From a virus (taxonomy: Duplodnaviria > Caudoviricetes), in the IMG/VR virus record IMGVR_UViG_3300028886_000066, positions 1 through 64,000 of that record: 64,000 bases of DNA; one strand, 5' to 3'. This document shows positions 48,799 through 57,758 of the stretch, in pieces; positions within the stretch are counted from its first letter, which is position 1, and each line of letters opens with the position of its first letter. The notes beneath the pieces are model-generated. The model did no database searches, was not told the DNA's origin, and worked only from the letters and a program-made list of their open reading frames with translations. The position numbers were made by a program, and so were the translations under genes.

Positions 48799-49248
48799 TT
48801 ACGCAGCTTCTTTTTCCTGTTCGCGCTCGTATTCAAGTTCGGAAATCCACTCGCCGAAATTGTAAGTGAGTCCCCAAGTTCCGAAAGCACGGAAAAACCA
48901 ATCAAACGCCCACGTCTGGAACTTCTTCAAATCTTCGTCGGAAATAGTTTCGTCGTCAATGCTTTTTATCACATCGTCAAACGTTCCCCACGGCTGAATC
49001 TCAGAACCGATAAACTCAGGACAATATTCCCAGTCTTCACGAATATTGCAGAAATTCCCGCACATCTTCGTATCTTTTCTGTGAACGTACTTTTTCATCG
49101 ACTCCAAAGTTTCAAACGCGGAGTTGGCAGCGTAATCTTCGGTTTCGGATTCCCAAGAACCGTAATCCATTCCGTAATTTTCGATTGTCTCCTTGAAGAG
49201 ATTCAGGAACGTTTCGTAAACGTCATCGTAATTCAAAAAATCTTTCAT
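48799..49248 (-). CDS. Highly acidic protein, possible DNA mimic
   Basis: 149 aa, ~35 D/E versus ~14 K/R, aromatic-rich. Confidence 0.7.
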   Translation of the reverse strand: MKDFLNYDDVYETFLNLFKETIENYGMDYGSWESETEDYAANSAFETLESMKKYVHRKDTKMCGNFCNIREDWEYCPEFIGSEIQPWGTFDDVIKSIDDETISDEDLKKFQTWAFDWFFRAFGTWGLTYNFGEWISELEYEREQEKEAA

Positions 49249-49319
49249 AATGGTTGAGTTTTTAAAAGTGAATAAATAATTATCGTACTTTGGCGCAGGA
49301 CTGACCGCGCCAAAATAAA

Positions 49320-49649
49320 TCAGGATACTTCGATAATTTCGTCAATGCGTCCGCAAACAACATGACGCAGTGCAGTTTTATCAAAAGCATAATACTCAAA
49401 CCAACTTCCGTATTGGTTAATAATGTACCTTTTCAGGAAATCTTTGAAACCAAATAGCCAACCTTGCAGCGGAATAGAATGCTTTGAAAAGGTGTTGTGA
49501 AAAACTTTTTCGGAAATCCAGTTCTTTTCTTCGCGTGAAAGTTTCTCGCCATTCATGCACTTTTGTTTGAGTTGATAAACTTTGCTTTCTTTCAATTCTT
49601 CGAGCGCAGGAACTTCCCACGTTACGAACTTGTAAGCCATTTCTTTCAT
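49320..49649 (-). CDS. Early-array protein
   Basis: 109 aa, motif upstream. Confidence 0.7.
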   Translation of the reverse strand: MKEMAYKFVTWEVPALEELKESKVYQLKQKCMNGEKLSREEKNWISEKVFHNTFSKHSIPLQGWLFGFKDFLKRYIINQYGSWFEYYAFDKTALRHVVCGRIDEIIEVS

Positions 49650-49715
49650 AATTATTTTGAGTTTTAGGGGTTAATTTTCGTACTTCCCGCGAAATCTCTC
49701 TCACGGGAAATAAAT

Positions 49716-49862
49716 TCAGCGCAAAGACGGATAACGTTTCATGATACGCTCGCACTCCCTGGATAAAGTCAGATACAACATAGAACTTTTTTCAAGATTC
49801 GCCATGATGTTACGATTCGCGTTCAACGAATTGCTCGCAACCAATTTGTCTAATTTGCTCAT
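49716..49862 (-). CDS. Small early-array protein
   Basis: 48 aa translated by hand. Confidence 0.5.
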   Translation of the reverse strand: MSKLDKLVASNSLNANRNIMANLEKSSMLYLTLSRECERIMKRYPSLR

Positions 49863-49865
49863 AAC

Positions 49866-50084
49866 TCACGCAACTTTTGATTTCATAAGTTTGTCGTACA
49901 AAGTTTCTGGAGTATCTTTTTCCTCCCAGAACATTTCAAGACAGGCGCAAATCTCATTCTTCGTAGCGTTTGGGAAAACATCACGAACAACTTCCGACAT
50001 CTTTTTCGTACTCTCAGGATTAACCCAAGCAAGAAGAGGATCATCAAAAATCCTCTCCAGTTCCTTTCTTAATTCTTCTTTCAT
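49866..50084 (-). CDS. Early-array protein
   Basis: 72 aa, motif upstream. Confidence 0.7.
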   Translation of the reverse strand: MKEELRKELERIFDDPLLAWVNPESTKKMSEVVRDVFPNATKNEICACLEMFWEEKDTPETLYDKLMKSKVA

Positions 50085-50148
50085 AATTATAAGAGTTTTA
50101 AGTGAATAAAAAATCGTACTATCGGTAAGATTTACCCTACCGATAATT

Positions 50149-50289
50149 TTAGAAACACAAACCTATATTCTGCTGAGAATTGAAAAACTTTTCAGCTTTC
50201 TCAAGCATTTTCGTACTACCACAACCGAAATTGTAATACAGTCGATAAACTCTTTCGAGCTGTTCGGAAATCTGTTTGAACGTTTTCAT
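50149..50289 (-). CDS. Small early-array protein
   Basis: Start MKTFKQI. Confidence 0.6.
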   Translation of the reverse strand: MKTFKQISEQLERVYRLYYNFGCGSTKMLEKAEKFFNSQQNIGLCF

Positions 50290-50351
50290 AATTTTCTCCT
50301 TTCTGAAATAAAATTCGTACTTCGTGCCAGCTCTCACCAGCACAAAGCAAA

Positions 50352-50795
50352 TTACCAGACTTTTATCGGCTTTCTTTTCGGATTCATCAACGCGCCACCT
50401 TTCAAGAAAGAATTGCAGGCGCGTTTCAGAGATTTCCCAGAATAGAATTGCCAAAGCTGACCGTCAATTTCATCGCCGTTTTCATTTATCGGCATGAAAT
50501 CGGAATTGTAACGGCCATCGGGTGAAACCTGAGTTTCATAATGCTCAAATTCATTTTTCCCGTCGTAATTCTCGTAGCCGATTGTTCCGACATAAAGTTT
50601 TCTTTCAGTGTCGAAAACTTCAGCGGTGAAATACGGATGACCAAAAGACAAATCTGAAAAATCGACATAAAATTTCGGATTCGGATTTTCTTTTGTCGCT
50701 CTCATCGTCGTCCCGTGACTTTCGTCTTTAATGTACGGGCAAAACTGCAAACCGAGATTCGCAGAAGTCTTTTCGCAAAATTCTTTGAAGTTCAT
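50352..50795 (-). CDS. Early-array protein
   Basis: 147 aa, motif upstream. Confidence 0.7.
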   Translation of the reverse strand: MNFKEFCEKTSANLGLQFCPYIKDESHGTTMRATKENPNPKFYVDFSDLSFGHPYFTAEVFDTERKLYVGTIGYENYDGKNEFEHYETQVSPDGRYNSDFMPINENGDEIDGQLWQFYSGKSLKRACNSFLKGGALMNPKRKPIKVW

Positions 50796-50867
50796 AATCT
50801 TTGAGTTTTAATTGTGAATAATTATCGTACTTCCAAAATATTTTTCGTACTTTGGAAGTGAAAAGTA

Positions 50868-50963
50868 CTATCCGAAAAACAGGATAACAAAGTAAGTCAG
50901 GACAAGCCAGCAGATGCAGCAGATGAAACCGCCACAGAAATCTAAAATCTCTTTTCTATTCAT
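50868..50963 (-). CDS. 31-aa single-TM peptide
   Basis: MNRKEILDFCGGFICCICWLVLTYFVILFFG, translated by hand. Confidence 0.5.
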   Translation of the reverse strand: MNRKEILDFCGGFICCICWLVLTYFVILFFG

Positions 50964-51030
50964 AATTTTCGTACTTTGAAATAATTATCGTACTCTGGAA
51001 GTAATTTTCGTACTCCCAGAATTTTCGTAC

Positions 51031-51240
51031 TTACTGATACGCTGCAATCAATTTCCAATCGTTACGGTTTTTCACGTAAACCTGAATCAGAAAAGCGTTC
51101 ACGTCGCGTTTCGCTTCTGCAAAAATCTTGCGGGCGTGTACCTGAGCATCGGCGTGACACTCAAACATTTCACGATGAAAATTAAAACCAGCGGTCAGAT
51201 TCGTGTTCTGAAAATGAATCTCGAACAAATAACTTTTCAT
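51031..51240 (-). CDS. Early-array protein
   Basis: Start MKSYLFE with motif upstream. Confidence 0.7.
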   Translation of the reverse strand: MKSYLFEIHFQNTNLTAGFNFHREMFECHADAQVHARKIFAEAKRDVNAFLIQVYVKNRNDWKLIAAYQ

Positions 51241-51286
51241 AATCTTTTGAGTTTTTAAGTAAGACAATTAGCTTTCGCCACCTGAA

Positions 51287-51592
51287 TTAACAGGCAGCGA
51301 AATAAAGTTTTCGGTAAGTCTTGAAATCAATTCCGTTTTCTTTCAGGAACTCACAACTCCACCGAAATTCTTTCATAAGAGATTGCAAACGCTCGAAGTC
51401 GCAAAGGAAATCATAAAACTTTTGAAAATCCCTGGACTTTTCAATTCCTAAATTCTGAATCATTGAAAATTCAGCTTCCAAGTCACGCGAAAGAATAATC
51501 AAATATCTTTGTTCGCGCGAATAGTTCTTCACGAAATATTGTGCGGCCTGACTCCGCTGGGAATCAAGCCGTTTTCTATCTTCTGACATCAT
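51287..51592 (-). CDS. Early-array protein
   Basis: 101 aa. Confidence 0.65.
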   Translation of the reverse strand: MMSEDRKRLDSQRSQAAQYFVKNYSREQRYLIILSRDLEAEFSMIQNLGIEKSRDFQKFYDFLCDFERLQSLMKEFRWSCEFLKENGIDFKTYRKLYFAAC

Positions 51593-51717
51593 AACGCAAG
51601 AGTTTTGATTGTTTCAATACTTTTTGCGCCGCAAATTGCGCACATCATAACGTCACCGAACTTTGCGGAAATCTTTTCAGAAAGTTCCGCGAGCTTGTAA
51701 ATTAAATCGTCGTTCAT
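51589..51717 (-). CDS. Small early-array protein
   Basis: 42 aa translated by hand, motif upstream. Confidence 0.5.
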   Translation of the reverse strand: MNDDLIYKLAELSEKISAKFGDVMMCAICGAKSIETIKTLAL

Positions 51718-51747
51718 AATCTTTTGAGTTTTATTGAGTGAATAAAT

Positions 51748-52020
51748 TTAATCTCTCTCAAAGTGCTTTGTTGCAACAAATTCCGTAATTGCAGAAATCG
51801 GATAAACGAATTTTATTCCGTCATCATTCCGAGAAAAATTGCGCCCGACCGCAATCTGTGTGCGGACGATTGAATAAACCTTTTCCAAATCAGAATCTAA
51901 AATGGAATTGTGCCACTCGATTTCAATCTGGAAATCATTTACTTTCTTGATTGATACTCTGTAAAGAGTTACATTCCCGTCGATAGTGTCGATGGAAATA
52001 CGATAAACTTTTGTTTTCAT
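51748..52020 (-). CDS. Early-array protein
   Basis: 90 aa. Confidence 0.7.
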   Translation of the reverse strand: MKTKVYRISIDTIDGNVTLYRVSIKKVNDFQIEIEWHNSILDSDLEKVYSIVRTQIAVGRNFSRNDDGIKFVYPISAITEFVATKHFERD

Positions 52021-52339
52021 AATTGATAATGTTTAAAATTTATTGAGCTTTAATACGGAATCGAACCGCCGAGAAATTTCTAAAAGAAATCTTCAAACCA
52101 GAATAAAACAAAAAGGAAATGACAAAACGGAAATCTTTTAACCCGTCACTTTGTTTTTCAAAATCTTTTCGGAAAACTTCCGCTTTGTCACTCCAAAAAA
52201 TCTTTTCACGTTTCAACAAAAATGCAAACGCCAAAAAGATTTGCAACGAAAACTCAATTATGAATTTTTCTTTTGCCGTTTTTCGTCGCTTTTTTCGTTT
52301 TCCGCAAATATCACTTTTTAGAATCGGTTGCAAATAAAA

Positions 52340-53290
52340 CGCCGACGGGATCACCCGCCGACGAAACACCACCGCCACCGTCACCCGCCGCCCTGATATG
52401 GGCAGGAGTGAGGAACGGCAGCAGGGCAGCAGGGCAGACCACCCGCCACAAAGGGCAGGCAGGCCACCGCCGCCGCCGCCCTGATATGGGCAGGAGCAAC
52501 ACGACGAAACACGGCCGCCGGGAACATCATGCAGGGCAGGGAAACCGCCGACACCCGGACACCTAAACCCGCCGACCCACGCCGACAAGCCCCCAAGACA
52601 CCGACCCCACCACCGCACAAAAGGCAGCGGGGCAGGCCGAGGAACAACCCGACGCAACCGACGGAGGAACCAGGGCAGCAGGAACACCACCCACACACAA
52701 CGCCCCCAGCGTTTTAGTACACTCCCAGTTACAACCGACAAGACAACCGCCCGCCCTGATAGCAACCAGGAGGAACGGAAACAAGCCCCAGGGCACCCAA
52801 CAACCCGCCGCCACAAAGGGCAGCAGGGCAGCAGGGCAGGCAAGCCAACGCCAACCAGCAACACCGCCACAAGGGCAGCGCACACGATCAGCAAGCCCGC
52901 CACCAATCGACAACCAGGAACACCACCGCAGGAACCACGCAACCACGCCGGGCAATTTTCCGCCAACACCACCGAAACAAAGGGCAGGGAGGGCAGAACA
53001 CACCCAACGCGAACACGCAGCCAAAGGACACCCAAAGGGCACCCACAAGGGCAGCACCAACGCCGAAAGGGCAGGGAGGGCAGGAGCAACCGGGCAGGCT
53101 AAGCCCCGGAAACTCCCTACTTTAAGCAGGATAAGCAGTTACGGAAAGCCCGTCTAAACCGTAACAGTCGATCGTCAAAAAGTAACTTTTGCGCCCTGAT
53201 GAGGAAACGAACCCCAACCGCCTAAAGGCAGGCCACCAGGCCAGAGCAGGAGGCAGGCAGCAGGAACACCGCCCACCCTGATAGGGTGCA
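52340..53290 (+). repeat. Strand-asymmetric, T-poor, GC-rich non-coding tract with GGGCAG, CCGCCACAAAGGGCAG and GCCCTGATATGGGC repeats
   Basis: ~18 GGGCAG all on +; ccgccgccctgatatgggcaggag twice (~52386, ~52474). Confidence 0.8.
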
Positions 53291-53291
53291 A

Positions 53292-54371
53292 TTACATCTG
53301 CAATAATTTATCAATAGTAGAGGCCACCGAGTAAGCCCGTGAACGCTCTTTTAACGCGCTCTTAATAGTCCGCGCAATCTTCGCAGGGCAGTTATCAGTA
53401 TCAAGGACGGTAACACCACCTAACGACAAGATAAGATCATTTGCGCCGTTAATACGTGCAACCGCTTTCTCTAAGTTGGCGCGTAGTTGTTTGCGCTCTT
53501 TATGGTCAGAAGTTGAGCTATAGTTATAATCCCGCCTCACGTCTGAAAGTACACGATCCATATCGTAACCCAGACGCTTCGCAAGCCTAACGGCGAGGCC
53601 GATATATGTCGTATAATCAAAGCGATCAGAAGAACGAGCCGCCGACAAACGGCGATTAAATTCCGACACTTCACGAAGCGATAACAGGGCAGCGACAACG
53701 GCAGAAGCAGAAGCCCCAGCCGCGACTGGTACACTATCGACGAAGTCAGAAAGAACAGAGTTAGAACGAACAACCGACACCGACAAGCGCCAAGAATAGT
53801 TATTTAAGCCGTTTTCCCTGATATGGGCAACCACGGCAGCGAACGACATACCAACCAACGAAACAAACTCCTTAAGATAGGAACGACGAATAACAACCAA
53901 CACACGCCCAACGGTACAAGCAGGTGCCGACAAATCTAAACCCGCTTTTTTGGCAGCCCCAGCAACGGCGGCATTTATCATTTCGTCCGACCAGTCGGGG
54001 AACGTAGCCCGAAGGGCGTTTTCTGTTTTCTCTTTTTCCGACCACTCAGGAGCCGCAAAGTTACTAACAATGTCGGCAGACAATTCACGAACACCACGCG
54101 ACAACTTAAAGCCCTCAAAACGCAAGGAACTTTCTAATTTTGCCCGCATATCGAGACGTGCAGCACGACGAGAAGAAGCCGAAGAAGAACCGACACCGAC
54201 AACAGGAGCAGAGTTAACAGAGCCAGAAGCCGCCGAGCCAACACCCGACCCAGCAGGAGCCGACACCGACACACCATTTACAACCATCTGCAAATCCTTT
54301 GCAGATACTTTTTCACTCTTGCGAGATCCGCGAGTTTTGCGGGACATCTCTTTTTTGTTTGTTGTAGCCAT
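53292..54371 (-). CDS. Basic Ser/Ala/Arg-rich hypothetical protein (terminus-proximal)
   Basis: 359-aa ORF with an A/T-rich start region. Confidence 0.75.
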   Translation of the reverse strand: MATTNKKEMSRKTRGSRKSEKVSAKDLQMVVNGVSVSAPAGSGVGSAASGSVNSAPVVGVGSSSASSRRAARLDMRAKLESSLRFEGFKLSRGVRELSADIVSNFAAPEWSEKEKTENALRATFPDWSDEMINAAVAGAAKKAGLDLSAPACTVGRVLVVIRRSYLKEFVSLVGMSFAAVVAHIRENGLNNYSWRLSVSVVRSNSVLSDFVDSVPVAAGASASAVVAALLSLREVSEFNRRLSAARSSDRFDYTTYIGLAVRLAKRLGYDMDRVLSDVRRDYNYSSTSDHKERKQLRANLEKAVARINGANDLILSLGGVTVLDTDNCPAKIARTIKSALKERSRAYSVASTIDKLLQM

Positions 54372-54418
54372 AATAAATAATGATTAAATGATTAATAACT
54401 GATTTACTTATTTATATC

Positions 54419-54619
54419 TTAATACCTTTCGAAAGTATTTATATAACTGATAGAATCCACAAGAGGAGCAACAACCAACAACGCCCAACCGATAAGGGCT
54501 AAATTTGTCCCCGCTAATGTAAGAGGAGTAAACAGACCAGCCGCGATAGCGACACCCAGAAAGGAAACACCACCCAACAGCAGGGAAGCAACCAAAAACG
54601 ATAAATCATACTTTTTCAT
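54419..54619 (-). CDS. Small two-TM membrane protein
   Basis: 66 aa, directly after the promoter at 54659-54666. Confidence 0.65.
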   Translation of the reverse strand: MKKYDLSFLVASLLLGGVSFLGVAIAAGLFTPLTLAGTNLALIGWALLVVAPLVDSISYINTFERY

Positions 54620-54658
54620 ATTCTTGAAATTTTTAGTGAATAAACCAATTTAACGCTG

Positions 54659-54910
54659 CAAAGTTACATAATAATAAGGTACGATATTTCCCGAAGATAG
54701 ACAAAAAGAATATAAAGTAACAACTAACAACCACAAAACAAAATAACAACAACAACAAAAAGAAAGTAAAGAAATTTGATAACAAAATAAGAGTATTTGG
54801 GGTGGAGAAAGGAGGAGACAAAAGCCTTATTTTCAGGTATTTACGTCAATTTTCGAGGTGCAAAAGTAACATTATATATAATAAAGTAATAAATCTTTTT
54901 TGCAAAAGTA
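54659..54910 (-). promoter_or_regulatory. Three tandem leftward -7 elements (54659-54666, 54861-54868, 54903-54910)
   Basis: TAACTTTG, TACTTTTG and TACTTTTG on the minus strand. Confidence 0.6.
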
Positions 54911-54990
54911 GGGGGTAACCCCCCGATGCACAAAAGCCGCGGGCATACTGACCCCTTCTCGGAATTTTTTAATTTTTCAAATTTCATTCC
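54911..54990. other. Putative genome terminus / packaging site
   Basis: gggggtaacccccc palindrome, GC patch and T-tracts at a point of divergent transcription and skew inversion. Confidence 0.4.
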
Positions 54991-55097
54991 GTTAAGATTT
55001 TGACTTAACGTTTTTAACATTCTTAAAGTTTTGAAGAAAAGTTAGTGCATAATGTCGAAAAAATGGTGTAGTGTTTGGAGAATGGTTTAAAATGGGG

Positions 55098-55105
55098 TAA
55101 TTTTG
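55098..55105 (+). promoter_or_regulatory. -7 element (TAATTTTG)
   Basis: TAnnTTTG upstream of the D5-like gene. Confidence 0.6.
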
Positions 55106-55193
55106 CGGCAATAGTGTAGTATATGTAGGATAATACTTCATATATAGATGGATTTAAGTATTTGATAAATATAATATTATAAGGGTTTACATA

Positions 55194-56663
55194 ATGGTCA
55201 TGTTATCAGAAAATAATGTACTTAACTCACGTATTATCAGTGACTTACGTGAGTGTATAGATACTACACAGTTAATGCGTGCTTATCAGCATCCTCGGAA
55301 GAATGGCCGTTTATATGGTTATTGTGACGTATTGCGTAGTGCTTGTGGCAAGTGTTTTTACTGGCGTGATGGAGTTGTTTACGTGTTTGACGGCAGGGTA
55401 TGGGTACCGTTTAGTCCCGATGTATTGAAGTATTTGGTTCGCGATGTTTTTGTTGATGTTGCCGGTATTGGTTCTGAAGTTGTGAAGAGTGACTGGGTAG
55501 ACAGTGAGCGGAAGTTATGGGGTTATGCTTTGGATGGTATTATGAGTCATGTATTGGAGTACAATGTGTCGCTGGTAGGTTTCAGCAATGGTGTATGGGA
55601 TTTCAGTGACATGAGTAATCCTGTTCGTCATAGTTTCAGTGAGCGTATGCCTATTACGTCGTTGTTAGGTTACAAGTACGACCCGTCTGCTGTTTGTCCT
55701 GTGTGGTTGAATTTTCTGAAGATGATGTTACCGAGCCAGCGTGACGTTGATATGTTGCAGAAGTTCATGTCGTTAGGGTGCTGTAATCGCGGTTCTCTTG
55801 GCCAGAAGGTTGAGGAGAGTTTATGGTTGATAGGTGATGGTGCTAATGGCAAGACGACGATACAGAATGTCATTCGGATGTTGTATGGTGAGCAGAATGT
55901 ATCATCCATCAGTTTTGATGCTTTGTTGGATAGGTTTGTTGATTCTCGTTTTCGTGCCATTGGAGCCATGGAGGGCAAGTTGTTTAATATGTGTCAGGAG
56001 ATAAGTGGTACTGATATTGAGAAAGGCAGTGATGTGTTCAAGAGTGTTGTGAGTGGTGAAGAGCAGTCTATACGCAGTTTGGGTAAGGACATTCGTACCA
56101 CGAAGGCCATTCCTTATCTTATTTTCTCAATGAACCAGATGCCTTCCAACAAGCGTATGGACAATGCCTTCCGTCGTCGTATTGTTGCGATAAATTTCCA
56201 TTCGAGTGTCAAGCGTGAGGACATGGACAGGGGTTTGCTGATAAAACTGGCTGGTGAGTTGAGTGGTATCAGGAACTGGGTTATTGAGGGTTGGTTCAAG
56301 CTGGTCCGTGACGGTTACTCTATAAAGCCCGTGAAGTCTGGTGACAAGATGAGTTCTGAAGAGATTGAGTGGTGCATCATGAACGGTCAGACCGTTGATG
56401 TGTGGTTGGATCAGTGGGCGTTCATCTACCCATCCCGCCATGTCGGGCATGACGATGAGGTTTGTCTTGAGATTCGTGGTATTGACTTGTATAATGACTA
56501 TAAGTCGTATTGCGAGAATCTCATTCATTGTGAAGAGGATAATCTGAAGGTGTTTGGTACGAACCTTCACGACCGTCTTAACTTCGAGAGACATCGTAAG
56601 GCTCAGGGAGTGTTCTATCGTGTCTATTGTGACAAAGATAATAAGTTTAACGTTAAACAGTGA
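55194..56663 (+). CDS. D5/P4-like SF3 helicase (primase C-terminal type)
   Basis: D5_N-like F.NGV.D...YDP.A.CP.W..FL, GDGANGKTT, FKS.VSGE, FSMN..P, F.RRI. Confidence 0.88.
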   Translation: MVMLSENNVLNSRIISDLRECIDTTQLMRAYQHPRKNGRLYGYCDVLRSACGKCFYWRDGVVYVFDGRVWVPFSPDVLKYLVRDVFVDVAGIGSEVVKSDWVDSERKLWGYALDGIMSHVLEYNVSLVGFSNGVWDFSDMSNPVRHSFSERMPITSLLGYKYDPSAVCPVWLNFLKMMLPSQRDVDMLQKFMSLGCCNRGSLGQKVEESLWLIGDGANGKTTIQNVIRMLYGEQNVSSISFDALLDRFVDSRFRAIGAMEGKLFNMCQEISGTDIEKGSDVFKSVVSGEEQSIRSLGKDIRTTKAIPYLIFSMNQMPSNKRMDNAFRRRIVAINFHSSVKREDMDRGLLIKLAGELSGIRNWVIEGWFKLVRDGYSIKPVKSGDKMSSEEIEWCIMNGQTVDVWLDQWAFIYPSRHVGHDDEVCLEIRGIDLYNDYKSYCENLIHCEEDNLKVFGTNLHDRLNFERHRKAQGVFYRVYCDKDNKFNVKQ

Positions 56664-56668
56664 ATGTT

Positions 56669-57124
56669 ATGGAAGAGAAGAAGCGTGTGCGTCCTACGTG
56701 GGCGCAGGTGAGGGAGTTGGAGTCTTTGGTTGGCAGTCTTCGTGAGGAGCTGCGTCTGAGTCAGCGTGAGTTGTCGCTAAGTAGCAAAGGTCATGATGCC
56801 TTGGTTGAGGAGTCCGCTGCGATGAGTGCTGAGATTGTCGAACTCCGCAGGAAGCTGGATGAGCAGATGGAGGGGACGAGCCGACTTGTGAAGGACTGCG
56901 ATGACTGGCGGGAGAAGTACCGCGTATTGTCAGAGAAGTGCGCTGGTCTTGGCGACATTGAGACCCACTGCAAGTCTTTGGAAGATTCCAACGTGGCTTT
57001 GAACAAAGAGCTTGACAAGTACCGTGAGAGTAATGTAGGGCTTGGCAAGAAGTGCGCCGAGCTGAGTGACGAAATCGAAAGAATGAAGTCCCGTGGATTC
57101 TGGGCGCGTGTGTTTAATAAGTAG
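56669..57124 (+). CDS. Coiled-coil protein
   Basis: Heptad pattern with RGFWARVF C-terminus. Confidence 0.7.
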   Translation: MEEKKRVRPTWAQVRELESLVGSLREELRLSQRELSLSSKGHDALVEESAAMSAEIVELRRKLDEQMEGTSRLVKDCDDWREKYRVLSEKCAGLGDIETHCKSLEDSNVALNKELDKYRESNVGLGKKCAELSDEIERMKSRGFWARVFNK

Positions 57125-57128
57125 TGCC

Positions 57129-57356
57129 ATGGAGTCAGGAGACAAGGAGATACTGGCTAAGATTCTCGCCCGCCCCATTGGTGAGGCTGTCTCTCAGTGG
57201 GCTAAGAAGAATGATGTGGATTCCCCTGTCGAGGTCTATGCGGAGCTGAGTACTCCGACGCTGTACCTTGACGAGAACGGTGTCGCTCACAACGGTAATC
57301 TTGTGACTGTGAACGTCACGCTTTCCGATGAGGATGACGATGATGATGAGTTTTAA
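57129..57356 (+). CDS. Hypothetical protein
   Basis: ORF starting MESGDK. Confidence 0.6.
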   Translation: MESGDKEILAKILARPIGEAVSQWAKKNDVDSPVEVYAELSTPTLYLDENGVAHNGNLVTVNVTLSDEDDDDDEF

Positions 57357-57375
57357 CTTTTAATATTATTGTATT

Positions 57376-57606
57376 ATGGCTATTATCCAAGAGAAGAGAA
57401 ATGATGCGCCGCGTCCTGAGACGAGAGAAACGGACTATGGTGCTCAGTATGTGACTGCTGGTACGGAGACTCCTATTGCTCCTGCCGCTGAAGAGAGTGT
57501 CGGGTCTGCTGAGGAGGTTATCACTGCCTCTGAGGTGGAGAGTGTTGTACCTGCCGCCCCTGCTTCGCCGAAGAAGAAGGGTGGTCGTAAGAAGTCTCGC
57601 CGATGA
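57376..57606 (+). CDS. Hypothetical protein
   Basis: 76 aa. Confidence 0.6.
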   Translation: MAIIQEKRNDAPRPETRETDYGAQYVTAGTETPIAPAAEESVGSAEEVITASEVESVVPAAPASPKKKGGRKKSRR

Positions 57607-57758
57607 GTGCTGACGAGATGGAGAGCAGGGTGCTGTTGCTTGAGGAGAAGGTTGATGCCGTTCTTGATGTCCTTGACTGTCTCCTGAAGAAGGTGTACGG
57701 CCCTGAGTTTATGAGTAAGGTGGATAAACTTGCGGCTTATGGCAAAGAAAATGATTAG
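57603..57758 (+). CDS. Small hypothetical protein
   Basis: 51 aa translated by hand, ATGA overlap. Confidence 0.5.
   Translation: MSADEMESRVLLLEEKVDAVLDVLDCLLKKVYGPEFMSKVDKLAAYGKEND

Larger units (their letters stand above)
41328..52040 (-). repeat. Dispersed intergenic module (~25-30 copies): hairpin-GTACGAATTTATG(T)TTCACTTAAAACTCAAAGATT-ATG
   Basis: Seen on + as cataatctttgagttttaagtgaaacataaattcgtac plus an inverted repeat, e.g. at 41328, 42168, 42700, 43302, 43898, 45129, 45571, 45911, 46202, 46608, 46875, 47341, 47664, 48073, 48446, 48728, 49246, 49647, 50082, 50793, 51238, 51715. Confidence 0.92.

Noticed and set aside
41328-52040. CRISPR array
   Set aside because: The repeats are degenerate and separated by whole ORFs of 100-450 bp; no cas genes are present
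52053-52070. tRNA gene (GGTTCGATTCC T-loop on the minus strand)
   Set aside because: No D or anticodon arm or acceptor stem found
52040-53089. 349-aa and other ORFs across the GC-rich tract
   Set aside because: Low-complexity C/G/V/L/W-rich translations are open in several frames simply because the strand lacks A for stop codons; no start motif
53195-53212. Hammerhead ribozyme (CTGATGAG...GAAAC)
   Set aside because: No proper stem II, and no flanking stems I/III with a cleavage triplet could be built
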